DNA of 35,829 nt from Octopus bimaculoides (Eukaryota), in the NCBI RefSeq assembly GCF_001194135.2, contig NC_068985.1, positions 10,107,609-10,143,437 of the forward strand, read 5' to 3'. A program made the translations under genes and the position numbers. Shown here one piece after another: positions 1 through 9,247 of the stretch (its first letter is position 1; each line of letters opens with the position of its first letter). The notes beneath the pieces are model-generated. The model was not told the origin of the DNA. It did no database searches and worked only from the letters and a program-made list of their open reading frames with translations.

Positions 1-36
<36 letters not shown>
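1..36. repeat. (TG)n microsatellite
   Basis: Pure TG run at the window start. Confidence 0.98.
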
Positions 37-40
<4 letters not shown>

Positions 41-99
41 CAGGAATATAAATGTGCATAAATGTAGGTGTGTATGTGCCGGTATAAGAGGCATTGAGT

Positions 100-232
100 A
101 AGGCGACAAAATGGCTGAATCCCCGGATCTTCGAACAGAATGCTTTTCACATTTGATGCGGGTTTATGCGCCCTGAATTCAGAACCCACAGAGGTGCATT
201 TTAACTTCCATGATTGACAGCTTAAAAGCAGA
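100..232 (+). mobile_element. Highly degenerate family-A SINE copy
   Basis: aaggcgacaaaatggctgaat...ccctgaattcagaacccacagaggtgcattttaacttcca is colinear with family-A copies such as 34392-34608. Confidence 0.45.
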
Positions 233-502
233 ATAAACGTGACCGTATGCGATCAAAGTTGAAGCAATCCTAGATGACGCCATTACTATAACAATCTCAT
301 TGCATGGACGAAGTTCTGCTAAAATCAAGTTGATCGATTAACTTGTCCATGTTCACATTATCAAATTTGTCGTCTTGTAGGATAGTACGGTGCGATTAAC
401 AAAGTTTTCACTGCTAATTCTAACAGGTTCAATGAAAGTATTGAGGTTTTCTCGCCATTGTTTTACTCTAAATAGATTCTTTAGTTACATTAACGATTCT
501 AG

Positions 503-623
503 AAATGCCACAATATTTCCATATTTCCAATGTTCATGAATCCAAAGACAAAAATACCAGCGAAAACAATACAAGAACTGCTCGGAAATTGCATTTTATT
601 CGGATATCTCGAGCTCAGATAGG
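503..623 (+). CDS. Weak candidate internal exon, product unknown
   Basis: ttctag acceptor at 501-502 and GG|gtaagc donor at 624 bound an open frame EMPQYFHISNVHESKDKNTSENNTRTARKLHFIRISRAQIG. The polypyrimidine tract is poor and no family is recognised. Confidence 0.15.
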
Positions 624-1076
624 GTAAGCTGCTTTAAAACAAAATAATTATGTAGACACATCAGTTGTTTTATCGTATGACTAGCGAAGCAATAAATGCA
701 ATTTTATTCTTAATTATTTTGGTGTGCAAACGAAGGTATCAAATAAAAAATGGAATAAAAAACGGAGAAAGAAGAAGGACGTCCTATACGAGTGGAATCA
801 ACGAACAAAGCAGAGTATAAAATGGTTATTGATTTTTGTTGTTTAAGTATAAAAAGCAAGATAAGAGCTTTGTGTTTAGTAATCCAAATAAGAATATGCT
901 ATTTCCGAATAATACGGTATCCGTAGAATTATGAAATAGAAAATATGAAACAATCATCTGTGACATTACTCAAACATACACACACTCACACACATAATCA
1001 AACATGTATGTATGTATCTATGTATGTATGTACGAATGCATGGATAAATGTATATATACAGAAAAACAAATATATA

Positions 1077-1265
1077 AGGCGCAGTAGGGGCTGTGTGGTA
1101 AGTAGCTTGCTTACCAACTACATGGTTCCGGGTTCAGTCCCACTGGGTGGCACCTTGGGCAAGTGTCTTCTACTATAGCCTCGGAACGACCAAAGTCTTG
1201 TGAGTGGATTTGGTAGACGGAAACTGAAAGAAGCTCGTCGTATATATATATATATATATATATAT
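1077..1265 (+). mobile_element. Family-B tRNA-headed SINE, 5' half (runs into gap)
   Basis: ggctgtgtggtaagtagcttgcttacc...ccgggttcagtccc...ggcaccttgggcaagtgtcttctactatagcctcgg...gacggaaactgaaagaagc then (TA)n; matches 15255-15705 and 31285-31695. Confidence 0.9.
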
Positions 1266-1771
1266 NNNNNNNNNNNNNNNNNNNNNNNNNNNNNNNNNNN
1301 NNNNNNNNNNNNNNNNNNNNNNNNNNNNNNNNNNNNNNNNNNNNNNNNNNNNNNNNNNNNNNNNNNNNNNNNNNNNNNNNNNNNNNNNNNNNNNNNNNNN
1401 NNNNNNNNNNNNNNNNNNNNNNNNNNNNNNNNNNNNNNNNNNNNNNNNNNNNNNNNNNNNNNNNNNNNNNNNNNNNNNNNNNNNNNNNNNNNNNNNNNNN
1501 NNNNNNNNNNNNNNNNNNNNNNNNNNNNNNNNNNNNNNNNNNNNNNNNNNNNNNNNNNNNNNNNNNNNNNNNNNNNNNNNNNNNNNNNNNNNNNNNNNNN
1601 NNNNNNNNNNNNNNNNNNNNNNNNNNNNNNNNNNNNNNNNNNNNNNNNNNNNNNNNNNNNNNNNNNNNNNNNNNNNNNNNNNNNNNNNNNNNNNNNNNNN
1701 NNNNNNNNNNNNNNNNNNNNNNNNNNNNNNNNNNNNNNNNNNNNNNNNNNNNNNNNNNNNNNNNNNNNNNN
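1266..1771. other. Assembly gap (N-run). Other gaps: 3359-3368, 3931-4212, 5586-5595, 7633-8071, 11785-11794, 16063-16801, 18010-18215, 22675-23011, 25222-25296, 25955-26931, 30513-30522
   Basis: Runs of n in the sequence. Confidence 1.
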
Positions 1772-1817
1772 AATATTTATACTTATATATATATATATAA
1801 ATATTTATACTTATATA

Positions 1818-2283
1818 TAATAAATCTCTGAGCGAGATAAAAACAGTAGCCGCATGACATCGTGAAGTATATTTCCACCTCTAAATGTGGCTAACCCTTA
1901 AGGGTCGATACTACTGTAGCTTGTAGTCCAAGGAAGACATCTCCTCCAGCTGGCTATTGACACACTATCTGTGCTCTATCAGAATTTGCAAAGGGAAGTC
2001 ATCCTTCCCATCTCCAGCCTGACGTGATACACACGGACCCGAATTTCCGGGTATTGACCCGTCATCAGCGTGTGACAACCACCGGTTGGCGAGGGGAGGT
2101 GGTTCCCAATGCAAATATATGTATACTTTTTCCAGTGAGGAAACGTCAGTGATCTCGAAAATGTGGAAACAAGCAATAATAAATCTCTGAGCAATGTATA
2201 AACAGTAGCAGCATGACATCGGGAAGTATATTTGCCACCTAAATGTGGCTAACCTTTAAGGGTCGATGCTACTGTAGCTTGTA
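1818..2283 (-). mobile_element. Retrozyme-like / Penelope pLTR-like non-autonomous element: about 1.3 tandem units, period 359 bp, containing a hammerhead ribozyme
   Basis: A ~105-bp direct repeat (taaatctctgagc...ctactgtagcttgta) starts at 1821 and again at 2180. An HHR lies between the copies. No coding capacity. Confidence 0.7.
2030..2074 (-). ncRNA. Type-I hammerhead ribozyme, complete core, GUC cleavage triplet
   Basis: Minus strand reads CACACG-CUGAUGA-CGGGU(CAAU)ACCCG-GAAA-UUCGGG-UC-CGUGUG. Helix I is 6 bp perfect, helix II is 5 bp perfect with a tetraloop, helix III is minimal, and all invariant core bases are present. Confidence 0.85.
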
Positions 2284-2307
2284 AACATACATATTTATGT
2301 ATGTATG

Positions 2308-2792
2308 TCCTTATTCAGTTTTCTTCCAAGATTTCTTGCCAATAGAGGAAGAGCCAGTTTCTAGATACAAGGCTCCTTTATTGGAATTTCGACATCAACA
2401 GGGTATTTTTGTATGTCTGTCTGTATATGTGCAAATTTCTGTCTTCTTTTATGTATGTATTCTCATACATATAGTTGCACGTGTAGACATGCCCATTTAT
2501 ACTTAAATGATAAAGTTCTAGAAAGTTTTACAAAATTCTACAGTTCTGGTGAGGGCTTGGATCTGTAGTCTTCGAATCAGCTTTCTCCTTTCTGGTTTTG
2601 AGAAACCTAATTTTTCAAGATTGGTATTTAGGCAGTGAGTTACATATCCCAGTGTTCCAATAATTACAGGTATAAACCTGAACTTGTAATCTGGGTAGAG
2701 TAACAGTAGATTTCTCAATAGTTCACCGTAGGTATTCTCTTTTTTTCTGATCTTATGTTAGCATCCGCTGGGCAGCTGATTTCTACAACTGT
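2308..2792 (-). mobile_element. 5'-truncated R4/Dong-like (RLE) non-LTR retrotransposon: endonuclease C-terminus plus 3' UTR
   Basis: Minus translation TVVEISCPADANIRSEK/(frameshift in A-run)/ENTYGELLRNLLLLYPDYKFRFIPVIIGTLGYV...RRLQIQALTRTVEFCKTF* (stop 2518-2520) fits the E.sCP.D..K..KY..L...IP.IIGaLG pattern of restriction-like endonucleases. The 3' end abuts (TACA)n. Confidence 0.8.
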
Positions 2793-2805
2793 ATGTATGT
2801 ATGTA

Positions 2806-2905
2806 TATTTCAAGATTTTTTGCCAATAGAGAAGGAGTCGGTTTCTAACCTAGATCCCAGGCTCCTTCATTGGAATTTCAGTATCAACAACAGTGTATTT
2901 TTGTT
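2806..2905 (-). mobile_element. Second, 3'-UTR-only copy of the same R4/Dong-like element
   Basis: caagattttttgccaatagagaaggagtcggtttcta...ggctccttcattggaatttc matches 2327-2400. Flanked by (TATG)n on both sides. Confidence 0.7.
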
Positions 2906-2935
2906 TTATGCATGTATGTATGTATGCATACGCAT

Positions 2936-3183
2936 TGAGTCCTTGAGCAAGACACTTTATTTCTTATTGTTCCAGTCTACTCAGCAGGTAAAAATGAATT
3001 GTACATGTACTGTAATTCAAAGGTGCTAGCCTTGTCATATTCTGTTCCACGTTCAATCTCCCTGAGAACTACGTTATGAGTAGACGTGTCTGTGGAGAAC
3101 TCATCCACTTACACCTTAATTTTACGAGCAGAATGTAACATTGACCGGTCAACTGGAACACTGGTCGTCGTAACCGACGGAGA
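2936..3183 (+). mobile_element. Family-D SINE, 5'-truncated (central domain plus tail X)
   Basis: gtccttgagcaagacactttatttc...gagaactacgtt...aactggaacactggtcgtcgtaaccgacgga matches the reverse complement of 6827-7060. Confidence 0.8.
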
Positions 3184-3258
3184 TCCTGATAGTAAGAACT
3201 GAGTTTGTTATTTTATAATGCCAGATATTGTTCTTTGTTCATATGCTATAGGTTGTGT

Positions 3259-3659
3259 GGAGGTGCAATGCCCCAGTGGTTAGGGCAGCGGACTCGCGGT
3301 GGTAGGATCGCGGTTTCGATTCCCAGACCGCGCGTTGTATGTGTTTATTGAGCGAAAANNNNNNNNNNACCGCGCGTTGTATGTGTTTATTGAGCGAAAA
3401 CACCTAAAGCTCCACGAGGCTCCGGCAGGTGATGGTGGCGAACCCTGCTGTACTCTATCACCACAATTTTCTCTCTCTCTTTCTTCCTGTTTCTGTTGTG
3501 CCTGTAATTCAAAGGGCCAGCTTTGTCACACTGTATAACGCTGAATCTCCCCGAGAACTACGTTAAGAGTACACGTGTCTGTGGAGTACTCAGTCACTTG
3601 CACGTTAATTTCACGGATCAACTGGAACCCTCGTCGTAGTAACCGACGGAGTGCCACGA
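3259..3659 (+). mobile_element. Family-C tRNA-headed SINE, full length, 12-bp TSD
   Basis: A-box-like tgccccagtgg and B-box-like ggtttcgattccc; tail ends aaccgacggagtgcc. TSD tataggttgtgt at 3247-3258 and 3660-3671. Inverted near-identical copy at 24291-24671. Confidence 0.92.
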
Positions 3660-3743
3660 TATAGGTTGTGTTCAATTCGTTGACTATATATATTAAAAGC
3701 GTTTAACTTCCCTAATTAACAATTAACGGCTTAACGGACTTAC

Positions 3744-3789
3744 GCCCAGCTCTGTATATATGTACACATTCACGTGAGTGATACATATT
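3744..3789 (-). CDS. Candidate 46-bp micro-exon, product unknown
   Basis: Minus strand ccttaattttttcag|AATATG...GCTGGGC|gtaagt has a strong acceptor and a perfect donor. Two frames are open (NMYHSRECVHIYRAG; ICITHVNVYIYTELG). No homology recognised. Confidence 0.3.
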
Positions 3790-4409
3790 CTGAAAAAATT
3801 AAGGCCTAAAATTATATGTATACAAAAAGTACACGTATACTTTAACACACATATACGCACACACTAAAGCTAAGTGCAAGGTAAATATGTCAATGCCTAT
3901 ATTTGCGTAAATTTGATTACAGTTGGGTATNNNNNNNNNNNNNNNNNNNNNNNNNNNNNNNNNNNNNNNNNNNNNNNNNNNNNNNNNNNNNNNNNNNNNN
4001 NNNNNNNNNNNNNNNNNNNNNNNNNNNNNNNNNNNNNNNNNNNNNNNNNNNNNNNNNNNNNNNNNNNNNNNNNNNNNNNNNNNNNNNNNNNNNNNNNNNN
4101 NNNNNNNNNNNNNNNNNNNNNNNNNNNNNNNNNNNNNNNNNNNNNNNNNNNNNNNNNNNNNNNNNNNNNNNNNNNNNNNNNNNNNNNNNNNNNNNNNNNN
4201 NNNNNNNNNNNNTATATATATATATATATTAATACGCACACATCCACACATACCCATATTTTTATATATATATATTTATACACGCATGCAAAACAGTACA
4301 TTTATTATTTCTTTATTATTTCAAGTTCTTCATATAATTATTTCGATCGGAAGAGATCTTTGTGTGTTAATATAATAAAAAATACACAGATGAACCACAT
4401 AGGAAAAAT

Positions 4410-4753
4410 AAAAGGTAAAACCCCCTCCAGTCGTGAATGACCGTGGGATTGCACCTTGGTAGTTACCCTCGGAAGCACAAGTCCTGGCAAGGTTGTTTAT
4501 GGAAGGCCAGCAGTCGCTCAAGCATACCAGCTTCCCCTCTCCATACCACCGATGTTATCCAAAGGAAAGGTAAAGGGGCCGATACAGCTTGGCACCAGTG
4601 ATGTCACAACTCATTTCTACAGCTGAGTGAACTGGAGCAACGTGAAAGGAATATCTTGCTCAAGAACGCAGCACACAGCCCGATTCAGGAATCGAACTCA
4701 CTATCTCATGATTGTAAGCCCGACATTCTAACTAGTGAAACGTGCACCTTCAC
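4410..4753 (-). mobile_element. Family-E SINE (D-type head and central domain, different tail Y)
   Basis: Minus strand gtgaaggtgcacg...gagttcgattcc...cttgagcaagatattcctttcacgttgctccagttcactcagctgtagaaatgagttgtg, followed by a tail unrelated to C/D. Confidence 0.8.
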
Positions 4754-5247
4754 TATGAAAAGATAAATGAGGCACACAAATGTCAACATCCAGCTCCTGG
4801 TGCAAATTTGTACGTTTTAGAATTGAAATATCAAACAGAAATCACCACCAGTCTGTCTCTCAAGTGTTCCATCTCACACTGACATTCGCATTTGTTATAT
4901 TAGAACAGAGTGAAGGAACGAGACAAAGGAGAGAGAGAGAGAGGGAGAAGGAGAGAAGAAGGAAGAGTTAGGGAGAAAGAGATAGGGATAGAGAAAATGA
5001 AATGAATGTGAGAAAGTGGAAGAAAGCGGGGTGAATGTATACAGAAAATTGGCGGCGTTCAAACTTCTCTCAAGAAATTATGTTCGTCATCTACTGATTT
5101 TAGCCTCGCGAAGATTGAAGGACACAACTTGATAGTTGCGAAATTTGGAAATTTACGTTTTTATAATTTCCTGTCTATCTGGTGTGTAAAATACAGCCGT
5201 CCGTACTTTCAAGTAAAAAAAAGTCTTACCTGTAATGGCAGAAAAAT

Positions 5248-5889
5248 AATCTTTCTACTATAGGCACAAGGCCTGAAATTTAGTGGGAGAGGTCCAGTGG
5301 GATCTTTTTTAAAACGGGGGCCACATTTTTCATTAATGTTTTACGTAGTGTTTTTGGTACCGAAAGACTTTCAAACTTCGTATACTTATCTATTTTGTGT
5401 TATAGAACAGAAAAATATTTTTGTATTCGAATTTATTTCATGTAAAAAATTGTCTTATTTCGATAATTCCAACCAATCACTGACGTCCACTCAGCCGATA
5501 TACATTAAGTGCCGACTACATAAACAAACGATTCTTCGTTTTATTTGCTTTTTTCATTTTAAATTTGCTTTAACCCTAACCCTAANNNNNNNNNNTTTAT
5601 GGATTTCTTTTTTTTTTAAGAAGACTAAGAGAAAAAGATGTTTTATATGACACATTCTACCAGTGTTCCAAGTTTCAAAGTGTTTCGTTAATGAAAAATG
5701 TGGCCCCCGTTTTAAAAAAGATCCGTCCAGTGGATTAGATCAACCCCAGTACGCAACTGGTACTTAATTTATCGACCCCGAAAGGCAAAGTCGATCTCGA
5801 CGGAATTTGAACTCGGAACGTAAAGACAGACGAAATACCGCTAAGCATTTCGCCCGGCGTGCTAACGTTTCTGTCAGCTCACCGCTTTT
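5248..5889 (-). mobile_element. Family-A SINE interrupted by a MITE
   Basis: 5248-5299 and 5725-5889 join into a continuous family-A consensus once the insertion and one TSD copy are removed. Confidence 0.9.
5300..5724. mobile_element. MITE with perfect 37-bp TIRs and 8-bp TSD, Merlin-like
   Basis: TIR ggatcttttttaaaacgggggccacatttttcattaa at 5300-5336, exact inverse at 5688-5724. TSD gtccagtg at 5292-5299 and 5725-5732. GG...CC termini with an 8-bp TSD fit Merlin better than hAT or P (inference). Confidence 0.9.
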
Positions 5890-6054
5890 TAATAGCAGTA
5901 AAACAATGATTAACTTTAGAACGAAAACAAGTATATTTTCGAAGTTAATGTTTTGCTAAGATTACATATTTTTGCTAAGTTTAACATATTTTTATATTTA
6001 TCTTTACATCCACAACCGAATTACGAATATTAAAACTAATAGCAGGTTAATCCA

Positions 6055-6240
6055 AAGCGGCGAGCTGGCCGAATCATTAGAGCATTGGGACAAATTCTAA
6101 GCGGCATTTGGTCCATCTTTACGTTCTGAGTTCATATGTCGCCGGGGTCGTCTTTGCTTTTCAAGCTCGATAAAATAAGTACAAATTGGATACTACGTCG
6201 ATGTAATTCGTTTCTCCGAAATTGCTAGCCTTGTACCAAA
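6055..6240 (+). mobile_element. Family-A SINE, diverged
   Basis: aaagcggcgagctggccgaatcattag...ctttacgttctgagttca...gataaaataagtac...aaattgctagccttgtacc. Confidence 0.8.
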
Positions 6241-6826
6241 GTAATCCGGAATTAGACATCGTATTTAGAACCTAATCCTAATTTAATTTTCTATATGTTT
6301 TACTAATTTATTAGTTCCATAGATTAAATCATTCTTACAAATTGAATAAACAATTGGCTTTATTTCAGAACTAGAACAGATGAATCCTATTTAGAAATCA
6401 TTAATTTAGACCCGCCTGTCCTATCTACCGCTAAGGCTTTCTTTTGAGATGAATTTATCAAAAGGTTTCTTTAACGTTTGTGCTCTCATATTTCATTTGA
6501 GATATAACAATCCATTTTAGTAGAGTTATTAGAACATATTATGTATCGACGGAATATTAAGAATATAATTAGTACTTAGTAGTTCAACAAAGAAACCCAA
6601 TCAAGTGATTAATAACTAATCTGGTTGATATAAATTAAACAAATTATTTTAATTAGTTGGTACTTTTGTATTTAGTGAAACACATTTCTGAAATCATTTA
6701 ATAATATAAACAGACCCCTTAAAGACGGTTGCAACTGAGTTCAGCTTTCAAGTGGAGAAATAAACTGCTTACGTACAGTTCACACTGTTTCCTTATGCGT
6801 TGTATAAGCCTCTTCTTTCTTCTTTA

Positions 6827-7150
6827 GGCTCTCCGTCGCTTACTACGACAAGTGTTCCAGTTGATCCGCTCAACGGAACAGCCTACTTATGAAATTAACA
6901 ACGTGCAAGTGACTGTGCGCTCCACAGACACATGTACTGAGATAGTAGTTCTCAGCGAGATTTAGCGTGACACAGAATGTGACAAGTCTGGCCCTTTGCT
7001 ATACAGACACAACTCATTTTCGTCAGGTGAATTCACTGGAACAACGTAAAATAAAGTGTCTTGCTCAAAAGCACAGCGCACCGCAGGGAATCGAACTCAC
7101 GACTTTACGATTGGAAACCGAAAGTAATAACCACCAAGTCATGTGCTTTC
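6827..7150 (-). mobile_element. Family-D tRNA-headed SINE, full length
   Basis: Minus strand head with gagttcgattccc B-box, central ttgagcaagacactttattttacgttgttccag domain, and tail X ending gcgacggagagcc. Confidence 0.85.
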
Positions 7151-7194
7151 TTAGAAACAAAAACTTACGTGAAATAAAATGACTTGATTTGCCA

Positions 7195-7298
7195 TTAAGG
7201 CTTTGGTCAACAGAAGACGCTAGCCTAAGATGCCACGCAGTGGGACTGAACCCGGAGCCATGTGGTTGGGAAGTAAACTTCTTACCACACAACCACTC
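7195..7298 (-). mobile_element. Family-B SINE 5' fragment
   Basis: gccacgcagtgggactgaacccggagccatgtggttgggaagtaaacttcttaccacacaaccac. Confidence 0.85.
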
Positions 7299-7461
7299 CT
7301 GTAACGGCTCCCAGCAGCATAAATCAACATTTTGTGATACGGATGTAAAGAAATATAGAAATATGAGTTTATAGTAGAAACACAAGGAGGCTATCTAATG
7401 CATATCTTTTATGAAGGTTGACAGAGTTATGTTTCCGAGGGTTAATTTTCTTTTTAATAAT

Positions 7462-7632
7462 CCTTTCTATTATGGGCACAGGACCTGAAATTTGGGGGAG
7501 GGGGATAGTCGATTACATCGACCCCAGTACTCAACTGGTACTTGATTTATCGACCACCGAAAGGATGAAAGGCAAAGTCGACCACGGTGGAATTGGAACT
7601 CAGAAGGTGAAGACAGACGAAATGCATTTTGC
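7462..7632 (-). mobile_element. Family-A SINE (5' part lost in gap)
   Basis: gggcacaggacctgaaatttggggg...atcgaccccagtactcaactggtac...aaggatgaaaggcaaagtcgacc. Confidence 0.9.
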
Positions 7633-8143
7633 NNNNNNNNNNNNNNNNNNNNNNNNNNNNNNNNNNNNNNNNNNNNNNNNNNNNNNNNNNNNNNNNNNNN
7701 NNNNNNNNNNNNNNNNNNNNNNNNNNNNNNNNNNNNNNNNNNNNNNNNNNNNNNNNNNNNNNNNNNNNNNNNNNNNNNNNNNNNNNNNNNNNNNNNNNNN
7801 NNNNNNNNNNNNNNNNNNNNNNNNNNNNNNNNNNNNNNNNNNNNNNNNNNNNNNNNNNNNNNNNNNNNNNNNNNNNNNNNNNNNNNNNNNNNNNNNNNNN
7901 NNNNNNNNNNNNNNNNNNNNNNNNNNNNNNNNNNNNNNNNNNNNNNNNNNNNNNNNNNNNNNNNNNNNNNNNNNNNNNNNNNNNNNNNNNNNNNNNNNNN
8001 NNNNNNNNNNNNNNNNNNNNNNNNNNNNNNNNNNNNNNNNNNNNNNNNNNNNNNNNNNNNNNNNNNNNNNNCGAATCGAACTAACATTTGAAAAACAGAA
8101 ATTAAACAGCGACTCGGAAACATAACTGGCGAAATATCGTTTG

Positions 8144-8530
8144 TCTTTTTACTTGTTTCAATCATTAGACTGCGGCCATGCTGGGGCACTGCTTTGAGGG
8201 ATTTTTTAGCCGAAGGAATCGACTCTAGTACTTCTTTTTCCAAAGGCTGGTACTTATTCTATCGGTTATTTTGCCGAACATCTAAGTTACGGGGGCGTAA
8301 ACGCAACAACACCGGTTGTCAAACAATGACGGGGAGTAAAGACACACACACACACACTCACACATACACACACTCACGCACACACACATACACGACGAGC
8401 TTCTTTCAGTTTCCGTCTACCAAATCTATTCATAAGACTTTGGTCAGCCCGAAGTTATAAAAGGAGACACACAGCCAAGGTGCCAAGCAATGAGATTAAA
8501 CCCAAAACTATGTGGCTGGTAAACAAGCTT
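8144..8530 (-). mobile_element. Family-B SINE, near full length, with internal (CA)n
   Basis: ttttacttgtttcaatcattagactgcggccatgctgggg...acgacgagcttctttcagtttccgtctacc...gccaaggtgcca. Confidence 0.88.
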
Positions 8531-8639
8531 CTTTATTTCATTTGATTAGCCATGAAGGCTGTACATAGATTAGCAGAAGCTAGGGCTAGACAAAGACATT
8601 AATGAAAATATGGTAGGATGACACAGAGGAAAAATGAGA

Positions 8640-8900
8640 AGGGCGCCAGCGCCCACCGACTGCCAACCTCTCGAAAACATTGTTTCAATACAAATCATTT
8701 ACAAAATCAGTTATGCAATACAAATCAAATTCATTAATACAATTAATCATAACTAATCCGTCCCGCCACAGCCTTTAAGCAAACGACCTACTGCCCGCAG
8801 ACAAGTCCGAATGGACAAGTCGGAGTCCGTGGCGAGGCAGATAAAATCCTCCATGTCAAAGGTGGCTATAATCCTTGACAGGATCCTATTAGTCACTAGC
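8640..8900 (-). mobile_element. Possible LINE 3' remnant
   Basis: GC-richer block with a minus frame ILSRIIATFDMEDFICLATDSDLSIRTCLRAVGRLLKGCGGTD* followed by a UTR-like ttgtattg-rich stretch. The resemblance to LINE ORF2 C-termini is loose. Confidence 0.3.
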
Positions 8901-9094
8901 TTCTTATCACACAGCTTCTTACCACACAGCCACATATATTTAGTTTCTCTGTGCAAAGCAAACTTTTGGCGTTCCCATCATTTCTGTTTTCAGTTTTGTT
9001 TACGAGCAATGTTTCTACATGTTAGTGCAACCGTTAATACAGACATGTTTTTTCTCTCTCCATTTTCCCCTCTCTCTGTTTTCTCTCCACGTTC

Positions 9095-9130
9095 CTTTCT
9101 GTGGAAGAGCATAGGTTCGAAAAGTCAAAG
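9095..9130 (+). ncRNA. Variant hammerhead-like motif in a Penelope-type tail fragment (about 9045-9175)
   Basis: CUUU-CUGUGGA-A-GAGC(AUAG)GUUC-GAAA-AG-UC-AAAG. Helices I and II pair, but position 6 is U and 15.2 is mismatched. Homologous to 22580-22615. Confidence 0.5.
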
Positions 9131-9247
9131 ACTCTCATTTTCCCTGAGTGTCAGTGAAACTGATACACCTTTTCTTTTTCTCTCACCCGTCTCTGTCCTT
9201 TTCAGTTTTTATTTGTTGTACAATCTTAAACCACAAATATCCCTGCT

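Noticed and set aside
3259-3330. tRNA gene calls for SINE heads (also 7075-7150, 33615-33690)
   Set aside because: A and B boxes are present, but there is no complete cloverleaf or acceptor stem, and each continues into a SINE body.
3327-3400. 32-bp direct repeat inside the family-C SINE
   Set aside because: The copies sit either side of a 10-N gap and the homologous SINE at 24291-24671 has one copy; this is an unmerged contig overlap.
5571-5585. TAACCC repeats next to a gap read as a telomere
   Set aside because: They lie inside a MITE bounded by matching TIRs and TSD, so they are internal.
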